Origin: Gemmatimonadales bacterium | GTDB lineage: Bacteria > Gemmatimonadota > Gemmatimonadetes > Gemmatimonadales > GWC2-71-9 | DNA: 64,000 nucleotides | Reading direction: 5' to 3' | NCBI GenBank assembly: GCA_035505915.1 | Contig: DATJQI010000057.1 | Coordinates: forward strand, 11,774-75,773 | Shown: piece after piece, positions 1 to 8,770 of the stretch | Layout: each line of letters starts with the position of its first letter | How positions within the stretch are numbered: position 1 is the first letter of the stretch | The notes under the pieces: generated by a model | What the model was told of the DNA's origin: nothing | The model's database searches: none | The model's input: the letters and a program-made list of their open reading frames with translations, nothing else | Translations under genes and position numbers: made by a program

Positions 1-515
1 CCACGGCGCGCTTCCATACGCGGTCCGGATGGCTCACGGCCGACCGCCGGGGCGACTGGATCGAGCTCGACTTTCCGAGCCAGGCGGCCACCCCCCAGCA
101 GGCGCCGTCCGAGCTCCTGAGCGCCCTGGGCGTGCGGCCCCAGTTCGTCGGGAAGAACCGCACCGACTACCTGGTCGAGCTCGCATCCGAAGCCGATGTC
201 CGCGCCGCCCGCCCCGATTTCGGAAAGCTCCGCGCCCTGCCGATCCGGGGCGTCATCATCACGAGCCGCGCCGCCCTGCCGGGTGTCGATTTCGTTTCCC
301 GGTTCTTCGCCCCGGGCGTCGGCGTCGACGAGGATCCCGTCACCGGCTCGGCCCATTGCGCGCTGGCCCCTCACTGGGCCACCCGCCTTGCGAAGGATGA
401 GATGGTAGGATTCCAGGCGTCCGCCCGCGGGGGCACCGTCCGGGTCCGGGTCGCCGGAGACCGGGTCAAGCTCGCGGGCCAGGCCGTCACCGTCCTCAAG
501 GGAGAGCTGCTGTGA
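1..515 (+). CDS. PhzF-family isomerase-like protein, C-terminal part (5' end outside window)
   Basis: Frame 3 is open from base 3. The translation ...FHTRSGWLTADRRGDWIELDFPS...DEDPVTGSAHCALAPHW... resembles PhzF/YddE-family proteins. The stop TGA at 513-515 overlaps the next start (GTGA). Confidence 0.75.
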   Translation, partial: TARFHTRSGWLTADRRGDWIELDFPSQAATPQQAPSELLSALGVRPQFVGKNRTDYLVELASEADVRAARPDFGKLRALPIRGVIITSRAALPGVDFVSRFFAPGVGVDEDPVTGSAHCALAPHWATRLAKDEMVGFQASARGGTVRVRVAGDRVKLAGQAVTVLKGELL

Positions 516-1423
516 ACCGGTCGCGGGTCGCGGGCTACCTCTTCGCCATCGGCGCGGGCGCCACCTGGGGCACCACGGGCGTGCTGTCGACGGCGCTGTA
601 CCACCAGGGCGAAGACATCACCGGGATCGGGTTCTGGCGGGTCTCCCTCGGCGTCCTCGGGCTTCTCATCTACGGACTCTTCCACCACGATCTCTTCAAG
701 GTCGACCTGAAGGGCTGGCTCCTGATCGGCGCGGGCGGCGGGCTCCTGGTGGCCATCTTCGAGGTCGCGTACCCCTACGCGATCACCGGAGCCGGAGTCG
801 CCGGTGCCGCGGCCCTCCTGTACGTCGCGCCCGTGGTGGTGGCGATCCTGGGCCGGGTGGTCCTCGGCGAGTCGCTGACGCCCCTGCGGATGTTCCTGGC
901 GGTCCTGGTGATGATCGGGACGACGCTGACGGTCAACGGCGGGAAGCTCGGGGCGGTGCTCCAAGGCGGGCCGTCACACCTGGTGGGGGTCCTGGCGGGA
1001 CTGCTCGCGATGCTCAGCTACGCCGGCACCACGCTCCTCGCCCGCTGGTCGGTGCCCCGGTACGGCAGCATCCGGTCGTTGTTCCTGGAGCTCGCGGGCG
1101 GCGTGGTGATGATGGGGATTTTCCTCACGCTCTTTCACCGGCCGCCCTTCGCCCCGCCGGCCCGGCCCGTGGGCCTCGCGGCGTGGAGCTACAGCCTGGC
1201 TCAGGCGATCGGCCCGGTGGTCGGCGCGAACTTCCTCTTCTTCGCGGGTGTCCGGCGGATCGACGCCGCGCCCACGGCGGTCGCCGCGACGGTTGAGCCC
1301 GTGGTCGGGACTTTGCTGGCGCTGATCCTGTTCAGCCAGCAGCTCACCGTATGGGGCTGGCTGGGTCTGCTCCTCGTGGTCGGCGGCGTGGCCTCGAGCT
1401 ATTGGCGCGAGGCGCGCGACTAG
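512..1423 (+). CDS. EamA/DMT-family transporter
   Basis: A 303-aa polytopic hydrophobic protein with about 10 predicted TM segments and two EamA-like halves. It has a GTG start in a GTGA overlap with the upstream gene. Confidence 0.8.
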   Translation: MNRSRVAGYLFAIGAGATWGTTGVLSTALYHQGEDITGIGFWRVSLGVLGLLIYGLFHHDLFKVDLKGWLLIGAGGGLLVAIFEVAYPYAITGAGVAGAAALLYVAPVVVAILGRVVLGESLTPLRMFLAVLVMIGTTLTVNGGKLGAVLQGGPSHLVGVLAGLLAMLSYAGTTLLARWSVPRYGSIRSLFLELAGGVVMMGIFLTLFHRPPFAPPARPVGLAAWSYSLAQAIGPVVGANFLFFAGVRRIDAAPTAVAATVEPVVGTLLALILFSQQLTVWGWLGLLLVVGGVASSYWREARD

Positions 1424-4194
1424 AACTCGAGCTCGACCCCGATCCGGAACAGGCGCGGCGGACCGTACTCGAAGATCGGCTGCGTGAAATCGCGGGCGGC
1501 GGCGAGGTAGAGCGGCATCAGCTCTCCCGGACCCGAGATGTAGCCGTCGTGGTTGAGATCGGCCCACGCCCGGTACCGCGGCGACTCGTACGGAATCGCG
1601 CCGGGGTTGGCGTTGTAGGCGGCCTGCGCCATCGCCTGGAGCTCCCCGTTCGACGGCCCCGGCGTCCCGACGTCCCGGCGGACCGCCTCGATGTTCGCCG
1701 CGTTCAGCAGGTTGCGCACGTCCAGGTACACTCCCCCCTGCCAGCCGAACAGCTTGATCGACCGCCGGAGGAGGACGTCGATCTGCGTCTGCGACGGCAG
1801 CCGCTGGCTGTTGGGCAGTCCGATGATGCTGTCGCCCGCCAGGTTGGTCATCGAATAGGGCAGCCCCGAGTTGTACCGGCCGATCAGCGCCGCCTCGAAC
1901 CCGCCGAACACGGGAGTCCCGGCGATGCGCGGACCCAGGCTGTCGGGCACCCGGGCCTGGAGCACCAGGGTGAGGCTGTGACGCCGGTCATAGTCGAGCG
2001 GGAACTGCACCCGCGCCGGGCGGATGGTGTCTCCCTGCGGGTCGATCGTGAACTGGTTCAGCAGGATGAACGGATTGGACGACGTGGCTTCGGCGTCCTG
2101 CAGCGTGTAGCTGACCCGCGCGCCCCACCAGCCCCGGAGCTCCCGCTCGAGGATCAGCTCCACGCCCTTCACGGTCCCGAAGTCCGAGTTTCCGAATATC
2201 GACGAGTCGGGGTTCACCGAGAGCGGCACCGACGCCACCAGGCCGTCGAGGCGCTTCACGTATCCGTTGACGCGCACCGACGTCTGGGGTGTCGGGCGGG
2301 CCCGGACGCTGAACTCGTACTGCGTCGCGGTCTCGAATCCCAGGTCGGGGTTCCCCTCCCGGAAACGGCCGGTCCGGGTCGTGTCGTCGAAGGCGGAATT
2401 GACCAGGTACTGGAAGTCCGGTGCCTGGGCGAAGTGCCCCCAGCTGGCGACGAAGGTGGCGCCCTGCAACACCGTGGACACCGCGATCCGCGGGCTGATG
2501 GTGCGGCGGGGGCCGAAGCGCTGCCCGACGGTCGTGTTGCGGGGGTCGAACTGGTCGTACCGCAGGCCGAAGGTGGCCGCGATGTCCTCGAAGCGCATCT
2601 GCGTTTCGGCGTACAGCGCGGCGCTCTGGGGCTGGAAATCCGAGGCGGTGGGTGGCGGAACCGAGTCCTTCACATCGCTCACCGGGAGGTAGGCGAACAC
2701 GCGCTGGAAGGTCTCGACGTGCTGACGCTCGAACTCCCCGCCGAAGTTGAAATCGGTGGTGGGCCCCGCCGCGAGCGTGAAGTCGCCCTGAAACCGCAGC
2801 TCCCGGTAGCGGTTCCAGTCCAGCTCCCCGCGCGACCCGCCGCCGAGGAAGAACGCGGGCACGCCCCAGGGCGTGTTCTGGCTCAGCTGGGGCGCGGTGA
2901 ACCCGGGCAGCGCGTTCCGGGCCGCCAGCGTGTCCTTGGCGCGCGCCATTCCCTCGTCCAGAAAGTGCAGCGTCTGCCCGCTGAAGGCGCCGACCAGATC
3001 GCCCGGCGTGTTGGTGGGCTGCCCGCGGAGAAACTCCTGATCGAAGTACCCGACCCGGAGATCCGCGCCGAAGGGGTGCACGGCCTCGGGTGCCGAGGTG
3101 TGCTGGAGGTGCGCCGAGAAGAGGTTGCCGACGGTCCGGGTGGCGGGCGCGTAGGCTTCGTCGTACTTGAACGCCGGATCGAACAGGTACTGCTGCGCGG
3201 CCGACCGGAGCCCGAAGAGCCGGACCGTGTTCCGTTCGTTGACCGGGACGATCAGCTTTCCGGCCGCGTCCAGCCGCTCGGCGCCGTCGTGCGGCAGGAC
3301 CCAGGGCTCGGCGGTCCGGGGGTCGTGCGGGTCGGTGGGCGCCGGCGCGTTCACCGGGTCCCCGTCGACCTGTCCCTGGGCGTTGAGGACCCCGACGAAC
3401 CCGATCCCGTGACCCAGCGGGCCGTCGGCGGTGATCACCGCGCGGTCCAGACCGTGGTCATCGGCCTCCGGCAGGGGGCGGTCTCCTTCGTACGCCACTC
3501 GTCCGGTCCACCGGTCGCCCGCGTCGCGGGTCACGACGTTCACGATGCCGGACAGCGCCTGCCCGTAGCGCGCGGAGAACGCGTTGGTGATGAGCGAGGC
3601 CTCGGTGAGGATCTCCGTCGGGACCTGAATGCCCAGGGTGTTGGTGGACGCGTCCAGCTGGTTCTTGACGCCCAGGCCGTCCAGGATGAACGCCGATTCC
3701 CCGATCCGGCCGCCCCGGTAGCTCTCCCCCACGGTCCCGGCCGACAGGGCCACCGCTTCCGCGACGGTGGTCACCGGCAGCCGCCGGATTTCCGTGCCCG
3801 ACATCCGCTGGACGTCGGCGGTGGCCAGGGGATCGAGGACCTTGTCCACCTCCCCGCGGACCACGATCGAATCCAGCGTGAGGGCCTGCGGGACCAGTGT
3901 GAAGTCCAGCACCGCGGTTTCGCCGGAGCGCACCAGCACGCTGTCGAGGATGACCGAGCGGTAGCCGATCCGGGCGGCGCGCACGCGGTGCCAGCCGCTG
4001 CGCACGTCCCGGACCCGGTAGGCGCCCGCGGTATCGGCGGTGGCGCCCTGCCGCCCGCCGTCCACCGAGATCAGCGCGCCGCGAATCGCGTGGGAGGCGC
4101 TGTCGCGGACGTGACCTTCGATGGCGCCGGTCACCTGGGCGCCGGCGGGCGCGGCGGAGAGCGCGAGCCCGAGCAGGGCGAGCCGAGGCAGCAT
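1420..4194 (-). CDS. TonB-dependent receptor with N-terminal carboxypeptidase-regulatory-like domain
   Basis: The internal ATG at 4194 gives the signal peptide MLPRLALLGLALSAAPAGAQ, followed by a CarbopepD_reg-like beta-sandwich, a plug and a long barrel ending in ...RIGVELEF (terminal Phe). The upstream part of the 1107-aa ORF is Arg/His/Gly-rich junk. Confidence 0.85.
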   Translation of the reverse strand: MLPRLALLGLALSAAPAGAQVTGAIEGHVRDSASHAIRGALISVDGGRQGATADTAGAYRVRDVRSGWHRVRAARIGYRSVILDSVLVRSGETAVLDFTLVPQALTLDSIVVRGEVDKVLDPLATADVQRMSGTEIRRLPVTTVAEAVALSAGTVGESYRGGRIGESAFILDGLGVKNQLDASTNTLGIQVPTEILTEASLITNAFSARYGQALSGIVNVVTRDAGDRWTGRVAYEGDRPLPEADDHGLDRAVITADGPLGHGIGFVGVLNAQGQVDGDPVNAPAPTDPHDPRTAEPWVLPHDGAERLDAAGKLIVPVNERNTVRLFGLRSAAQQYLFDPAFKYDEAYAPATRTVGNLFSAHLQHTSAPEAVHPFGADLRVGYFDQEFLRGQPTNTPGDLVGAFSGQTLHFLDEGMARAKDTLAARNALPGFTAPQLSQNTPWGVPAFFLGGGSRGELDWNRYRELRFQGDFTLAAGPTTDFNFGGEFERQHVETFQRVFAYLPVSDVKDSVPPPTASDFQPQSAALYAETQMRFEDIAATFGLRYDQFDPRNTTVGQRFGPRRTISPRIAVSTVLQGATFVASWGHFAQAPDFQYLVNSAFDDTTRTGRFREGNPDLGFETATQYEFSVRARPTPQTSVRVNGYVKRLDGLVASVPLSVNPDSSIFGNSDFGTVKGVELILERELRGWWGARVSYTLQDAEATSSNPFILLNQFTIDPQGDTIRPARVQFPLDYDRRHSLTLVLQARVPDSLGPRIAGTPVFGGFEAALIGRYNSGLPYSMTNLAGDSIIGLPNSQRLPSQTQIDVLLRRSIKLFGWQGGVYLDVRNLLNAANIEAVRRDVGTPGPSNGELQAMAQAAYNANPGAIPYESPRYRAWADLNHDGYISGPGELMPLYLAAARDFTQPIFEYGPPRLFRIGVELEF

Positions 4195-4220
4195 CGCCGT
4201 CACGCGCACCAGACGTGGGA

Positions 4221-5258
4221 TCACGGCAGGCTCCACATCCAGAGGTCGGTCGGAGTCGTCTCGCGCATCGATACCGAGTCGACGGGGGCCAATTCCGCGA
4301 CGACCCGGTGCCCGTCGGGGCTCAGGGCCGGGTGATGAATGTTGATCCAGGCCAGGGCGTAGCTCTGATCGAATCCGGTGGCGAGATCCACCACGCGCAG
4401 CGTCGACCCGAGGATCACCGCCAGCCGCGATCCGGATACCGACAAGTCGGCGGCGGGCGTGCCGAAGTCGACGAGCACCGTGTCGGCGCCGGTGGAAAGG
4501 ATGCGCCGATGCACCTGGCCCGCGCCGAGCACGGTGAAATAGATGGTGTCGGCCGCGCCGGCCGCGAGCGAGGTGGCGAAGTCGGTGTTCGGGACGACCG
4601 CCAGCGCGGGCGGCGACGTGGAGTAGTCCAGGGTCTCCACCTCGAGACCCGCATAGCTGGTGTCGGTGGTGGTGCACCCGAAGTTCGAGCAGGTGTACGT
4701 CACCTGTTCCGCGACAAAGGCCAGCGTGGACGGTCCGACCCAACGGATGTCCCGGACGTCGTCGACGGCGCGACTCGACGGGCCGAAGTAGGACAGGGGC
4801 TCGAGCACCGTGGTGGCCAGCGGTTGCGCGTAAGTCGCGAGGACCAGCTGCCCGTAGTCGGGCGTCGCGCGCCCGATGTTCGCGACGGTGCTGAAGCGGA
4901 CGTAGGCGAGGTGCCCGTCGCGTGACACCGAGGCGGACTGGTAGACGTTCAGACTGTCCGAGTCCGGGTCACTGAGGGCGCAGATGGTCCGGAGCGTGAC
5001 GCCGCCGCCCGCGGGCATCACCGCCAGGCACTGGTCATGGTCGGACCGGTCGACCTGTTCCTGGGTGTAGAGGAACGCGGAACCGTCCGGCAGCCACGCC
5101 GGCCACGCGTCCACGCCCGTGTTGTACGTGAGACGGACGGGGGACCCGCTCGTGAGGGGTCCCGACGGGGTGTAGGTCCCCGTCGAGAATGGAGTCGTGT
5201 GCTCGCACGCGGCGAGTAGCAGGACCAGCGGTACGACCAGACGAGGCGTGGGCGTCAG
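4221..5258 (-). CDS. TolB-like beta-propeller lipoprotein (probable CTG start at 5258; first canonical start is GTG 5114)
   Basis: WD40-like/TolB-like repeats (SPDG..., LAFV...). The frame is open from 5327 with no ATG/GTG/TTG before 5114. The stretch 5258-5115 encodes (M)TPTPRLVVPLVLLLAAC, a textbook lipoprotein signal with lipobox. AAGGAG lies 4 nt upstream of the CTG. Confidence 0.65.
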   Translation of the reverse strand: MTPTPRLVVPLVLLLAACEHTTPFSTGTYTPSGPLTSGSPVRLTYNTGVDAWPAWLPDGSAFLYTQEQVDRSDHDQCLAVMPAGGGVTLRTICALSDPDSDSLNVYQSASVSRDGHLAYVRFSTVANIGRATPDYGQLVLATYAQPLATTVLEPLSYFGPSSRAVDDVRDIRWVGPSTLAFVAEQVTYTCSNFGCTTTDTSYAGLEVETLDYSTSPPALAVVPNTDFATSLAAGAADTIYFTVLGAGQVHRRILSTGADTVLVDFGTPAADLSVSGSRLAVILGSTLRVVDLATGFDQSYALAWINIHHPALSPDGHRVVAELAPVDSVSMRETTPTDLWMWSLP

Positions 5259-5301
5259 CGCGCTCCTTCGGTCGATGTAGAGGGGCGGGATCGGGACCCT
5301 A

Positions 5302-5331
5302 TTTATACCCGCACGCCCCGATCCAGTTCAA
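5302..5331 (-). promoter_or_regulatory. Candidate sigma70-type promoter for the lipoprotein/TonB-receptor operon
   Basis: The minus strand reads TTGAAC (5331-5326), an 18-nt spacer, then TATAAA (5307-5302). It sits about 45 nt upstream of the CTG at 5258 in an unusually AT-rich patch. Confidence 0.35.
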
Positions 5332-5355
5332 GTCGGAACGGCGCCCTCCGTGGGG

Positions 5356-7389
5356 TCACCCCTTCAGGTACTGATCCAACCAGTCCTGCACCACGCCCCA
5401 CCACAGCCGGCGGTTGCGGGGCCGCAGCACGAAGTGCCCCTCGTCGGGGAAGTAGAGGAACTTGCCCGGGAGGTGATGGAGCTGGAGCGCGGTGTAGGCC
5501 TGGTACCCTTCGGACAGGTCCACCCGGTAGTCGAGCTGGGAGTGGACGATCAGCATCGGGGTCTTCCAGTTCTGCACGAAGTTGAGGGGCGACCACTGCT
5601 CGTACAGGGCGCGGTTGCCGCCCGGCTCCTGATAGGGAGTCCCCCCGAACTCCCATTTCGGGAACCACAGCTCCTCGGTGGTGCCGAACATCGATTCGGG
5701 ATTGAAGACGCCGTCGTGGGCCACCAGGACCTTGAACCGGTTGGTGTGGCCGGCCAGCCAGTAGATCATGTACCCGCCGTACGACGCGCCCGCCGCTCCC
5801 ATCCGGGTGGAATCCACGTAGGGAAGCCGCGCCACCACGTCCAGCCCCTTCATCACATCCTCGTACGGCCAGTCGCCCCAGTGCTGCGAGATGGCGTCGG
5901 TGAACGCCTGCCCGTATCCGGTCGAGCCGTGGAAGTTCACCGCGGCCACCACGTACCCGCGGGAGGCGAACATCTGGTAATTCCACCGGGCGTGCCATTC
6001 GTCGTGCCAGGCGCCCTGGGGACCGCCGTGGATGAGGTACACCACCGGGTACTTCTTCGCGGGATCGAAGCCGGGCGGCTTCAAGAGCCAGCCGAACACC
6101 GAGTCTCCCCCCGCGCCCACGAACCCGTACGGCTCGAGCGGATTGAGGTCGAGCTGGGACAACAGAGCGTCGTTGGTGTGGGTCAGCGGCTTGTCGTTCA
6201 CCCATACTTCGGCGGGCGCCGTGTTGCTCTGGTGCAGGAAGGCGCGGGTCTTCCCGTCCGCGGACACGGTGAGGTTGGCGTTGACCCCGTTCCCGCCGAA
6301 AACCAGGGTGCGCTGGAAGGGAGCGAGCGAAATGCGGTAGAGGTTCTCCCGGCCCCGCTCCTCCGCCACCGCGTAGAGGCACTTCGAATCCGGACACCAG
6401 GAATAGGACGCGACCGACAGGGTCCAGCCCGCCGTCGCTTCCACCGGCGCGCCGTCGGTCCGCCCGCTCCTGCGCGGTACCAGCATGATCCGCAGGCGGT
6501 CGGCCTCGAAGCCGGCGCGCGCCATGGAGAGGTACGAGAGCCATTTGCCGTCCGGCGAAAATCGCGGCGTGTTGTCGGCGCCCGCATTGGCGGCGGTCAG
6601 GTCCCGCATGCCGCCGCCGTCCGGACCCATCAGGTACACGTCGACGTTGGTGTTGTCCGCGACCACCGAGTCGGCGTGAATTGCCACGGCGATCTCCTTG
6701 CCGTCCGGGGACATCGCGACATCCCCGTCACCCGACGTGGCGATGGTGGGCGCATCCTGGTCGATGGGCGTGAGATCGCGGGCCGCGCCGGTCGCGAGAT
6801 CCACGCTGAAGACGTGCTGCCGCTGGCCCGCCCGCCAGTCCACCCAGTGCCGGTAGAACAGATTGGTCCAGATCCGGGCATCGGTGGGGTACGCGCCGTT
6901 CCGCCGGTCGATTTCCTGGTCCGTGGGCCACTTGACGTCGCTCACCGCCAGAAACCCCGCCCCGCTGGGCATCCAGTACAGCTCACCCACGCCGTCGGGG
7001 AGCTCGCTCACCCGGCGTGGCGTCCCACCCGCGGCCGGCATCACCCAGATCTGGGGCCCGTGCTCACGTCCGGACAGGAACGCGATCGTCTGACCATCGG
7101 GGGACCAGCGCGGTGACCGGTCCGATCCGACCCCCACCGACAGCTCGTGGGTGGCGCCCGTCGCCGTGCTCGCCATCCACAACCGGGACACCGACTTGTT
7201 GTCCTGCAGGGAGACGGTCCCCACGGTGTAGACCACCCACTTTCCGTCGGGCGAGATCTGGGGATCCCCGACGTTCTTGAGCCCCAGATAGTCCTCCACC
7301 GTCAGGGCCCGCTTCTGGGCGACGAGAGCGGGAAGCGGGAAGAGGGACGCGGGAAGCGTGAGGGCAAGAGCGAATTTCAGGCACTTCAT
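5356..7389 (-). CDS. S9-family serine peptidase (prolyl oligopeptidase/acylaminoacyl-peptidase type) with N-terminal beta-propeller
   Basis: Signal peptide MKCLKFALALTLPASLF... Repeated SPDGK propeller motifs. The catalytic motif GASYGGY, plus downstream Asp (QLDYRVD) and His (PDEGHF). Confidence 0.9.
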   Translation of the reverse strand: MKCLKFALALTLPASLFPLPALVAQKRALTVEDYLGLKNVGDPQISPDGKWVVYTVGTVSLQDNKSVSRLWMASTATGATHELSVGVGSDRSPRWSPDGQTIAFLSGREHGPQIWVMPAAGGTPRRVSELPDGVGELYWMPSGAGFLAVSDVKWPTDQEIDRRNGAYPTDARIWTNLFYRHWVDWRAGQRQHVFSVDLATGAARDLTPIDQDAPTIATSGDGDVAMSPDGKEIAVAIHADSVVADNTNVDVYLMGPDGGGMRDLTAANAGADNTPRFSPDGKWLSYLSMARAGFEADRLRIMLVPRRSGRTDGAPVEATAGWTLSVASYSWCPDSKCLYAVAEERGRENLYRISLAPFQRTLVFGGNGVNANLTVSADGKTRAFLHQSNTAPAEVWVNDKPLTHTNDALLSQLDLNPLEPYGFVGAGGDSVFGWLLKPPGFDPAKKYPVVYLIHGGPQGAWHDEWHARWNYQMFASRGYVVAAVNFHGSTGYGQAFTDAISQHWGDWPYEDVMKGLDVVARLPYVDSTRMGAAGASYGGYMIYWLAGHTNRFKVLVAHDGVFNPESMFGTTEELWFPKWEFGGTPYQEPGGNRALYEQWSPLNFVQNWKTPMLIVHSQLDYRVDLSEGYQAYTALQLHHLPGKFLYFPDEGHFVLRPRNRRLWWGVVQDWLDQYLKG

Positions 7390-7418
7390 GGAGTTCTCCA
7401 GTGGTCGGGTGCAACGAA

Positions 7419-7450
7419 CCGTCTAGCCGTCTAACCGTCTAGCCGTCTAG
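7419..7450. repeat. Tandem 8-bp repeat x4: CCGTCTAG CCGTCTAA CCGTCTAG CCGTCTAG
   Basis: Read directly from the sequence. The last unit supplies the TAG stop (7449-7447, minus strand) of the 85-aa ORF. The array lies about 30 nt upstream of the S9 peptidase start. Confidence 0.95.
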
Positions 7451-7704
7451 TAGTCCGGATGCATCATGATCGCGCGCACCAGCTCGTCGAACGGCTTGGA
7501 CTCCGCCGTGACGTTCCCTGCCGGGTCGGTGTGGACGTTCCACGAACACAGCTCGTTCAGCGCGGTCGCTTCTTCGTAGGTCAGGTGCAGGGAGAACCCC
7601 CCGCCGTCGGCCTGGGCCGCGTCCAGCACGCGCTTGAGGACGTCGGGCAGGTGCTTGGCGCCCAGCACGGCGTCGCGCTGCGCGCGGGTGATGGCGAGAT
7701 CCAT
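7447..7704 (-). CDS. Hypothetical small protein (85 aa)
   Basis: ATG at 7704. Strong GC3 codon bias typical of real genes in this window. No recognisable motif (MDLAITRAQRDAVLGAKHLPDV...MMHPDY). Divergent from fabH. Confidence 0.55.
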   Translation of the reverse strand: MDLAITRAQRDAVLGAKHLPDVLKRVLDAAQADGGGFSLHLTYEEATALNELCSWNVHTDPAGNVTAESKPFDELVRAIMMHPDY

Positions 7705-7774
7705 GTCCCTTGCTTTGCGGAAGAGGAGGCGAAATCTTCTCCCGCCCGTCACATCCCGCAACCGGAGAAGGGCC

Positions 7775-8770
7775 ATGCCCCGGACCGAGTTCCTCGCCAC
7801 CGGATTCCACGTTCCGGAGCGGCTCGTCACGAACGACGATCTCTCCAAGCTGATGGACACGTCGGACGAGTGGATCGTCCAGCGGAGCGGGATCAAGACC
7901 CGGTACTGGGTGTCGCCCGGCGAGACCGGCGTCACCCTGGCGGCGCAGGCGTCCCGGAAGGCCCTCGCCGCCGCGGGAATGACGGCCCGCGACGTCGACT
8001 GCATCGTCTACTGCACCTGCACCCCCGACCACTTCGAGCCGGGGAACGGCGTCTTTCTCCAGCGCGAGCTCGGCGTCACGGACATCCCGGCGGTGGACGT
8101 CCGGAACCAGTGCTCGGGGTTCATCTACGGGCTCTCGATCGCGGATGCCTGGATCCGGATGGGCCAATACCGCCGCGTGCTCCTGATCGGCGCCGAGGTG
8201 CACTCGCGGGGGCTGGACAAGACCACGCGGGGACGGGACACGGCGGTGCTGTTCGGCGACGGCGCCGGAGCCGTGGTGCTGGGCCCGACCGAAGACGCCG
8301 GCCGCGGCGTGCTGTCGACCCACCTGTTTTCGGACGGGCGCTACGCGGAGAAGCTCTGGGTGGACGGGCCCGGCCTGGCGCACGACCCCTACGTGTCCGT
8401 CGAGATGCTGGAGCAGGGGCTCCACCGCGCCGTGATGGAAGGCCGCGAAGTCTTCAAATTCGCGTCGGTCAAGATGCCGGAATCGGTGGCGACCGCGCTT
8501 TCCACCAACGGCTGCACCACGAAGGACATCACGCTCCTGGTTCCCCACCAGGCGAACCTCCGCATCATCGAGATGGTGCGGCAGGCGACGGGGCTCAGCG
8601 ACTCCCAGGTCTACGCCAACATCCAGAAATACGGAAACACCACGGCGGCGTCGATTCCCATCGCCCTGCACGAGGCGCTTGGCGAGCAACGGCTGAAGCG
8701 GGGAGACCTGCTGGTGCTGACGGCGTTCGGGTCCGGATTCACCTGGGGCAGCGCCGCTATTCGCTGGTGA
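7775..8770 (+). CDS. fabH: 3-oxoacyl-ACP synthase III (KAS III)
   Basis: ATG at 7775 preceded by GGAGAAGG. The protein reads MPRTEFLATGFHVPERLVTNDDL...SDEWIVQRSGIKTR..., with active-site C in NQCSGF, VPHQANLRI and GNTTAASIP. Confidence 0.92.
   Translation: MPRTEFLATGFHVPERLVTNDDLSKLMDTSDEWIVQRSGIKTRYWVSPGETGVTLAAQASRKALAAAGMTARDVDCIVYCTCTPDHFEPGNGVFLQRELGVTDIPAVDVRNQCSGFIYGLSIADAWIRMGQYRRVLLIGAEVHSRGLDKTTRGRDTAVLFGDGAGAVVLGPTEDAGRGVLSTHLFSDGRYAEKLWVDGPGLAHDPYVSVEMLEQGLHRAVMEGREVFKFASVKMPESVATALSTNGCTTKDITLLVPHQANLRIIEMVRQATGLSDSQVYANIQKYGNTTAASIPIALHEALGEQRLKRGDLLVLTAFGSGFTWGSAAIRW

Noticed and set aside
1351-4335. A very long ORF (994 aa) antisense to the TonB-dependent receptor. Similar giants occur at 5350-7116, 13641-15623, 25535-28657, 41504-42646, 42438-44612 and 56410-58644.
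   Set aside because: The translations are Arg/Gly/Pro/His-rich and low in complexity, with no motifs. They lie opposite or out of frame to genes with clear family signatures. Such shadow ORFs are expected in 70% GC DNA, where stop codons are rare.
7419-7450. Whether the tandem repeat could be a CRISPR array or a minisatellite remnant of a mobile element.
   Set aside because: The units are 8 bp and directly abutting, with no spacers. There are no cas genes, no terminal inverted repeats and no transposase nearby.
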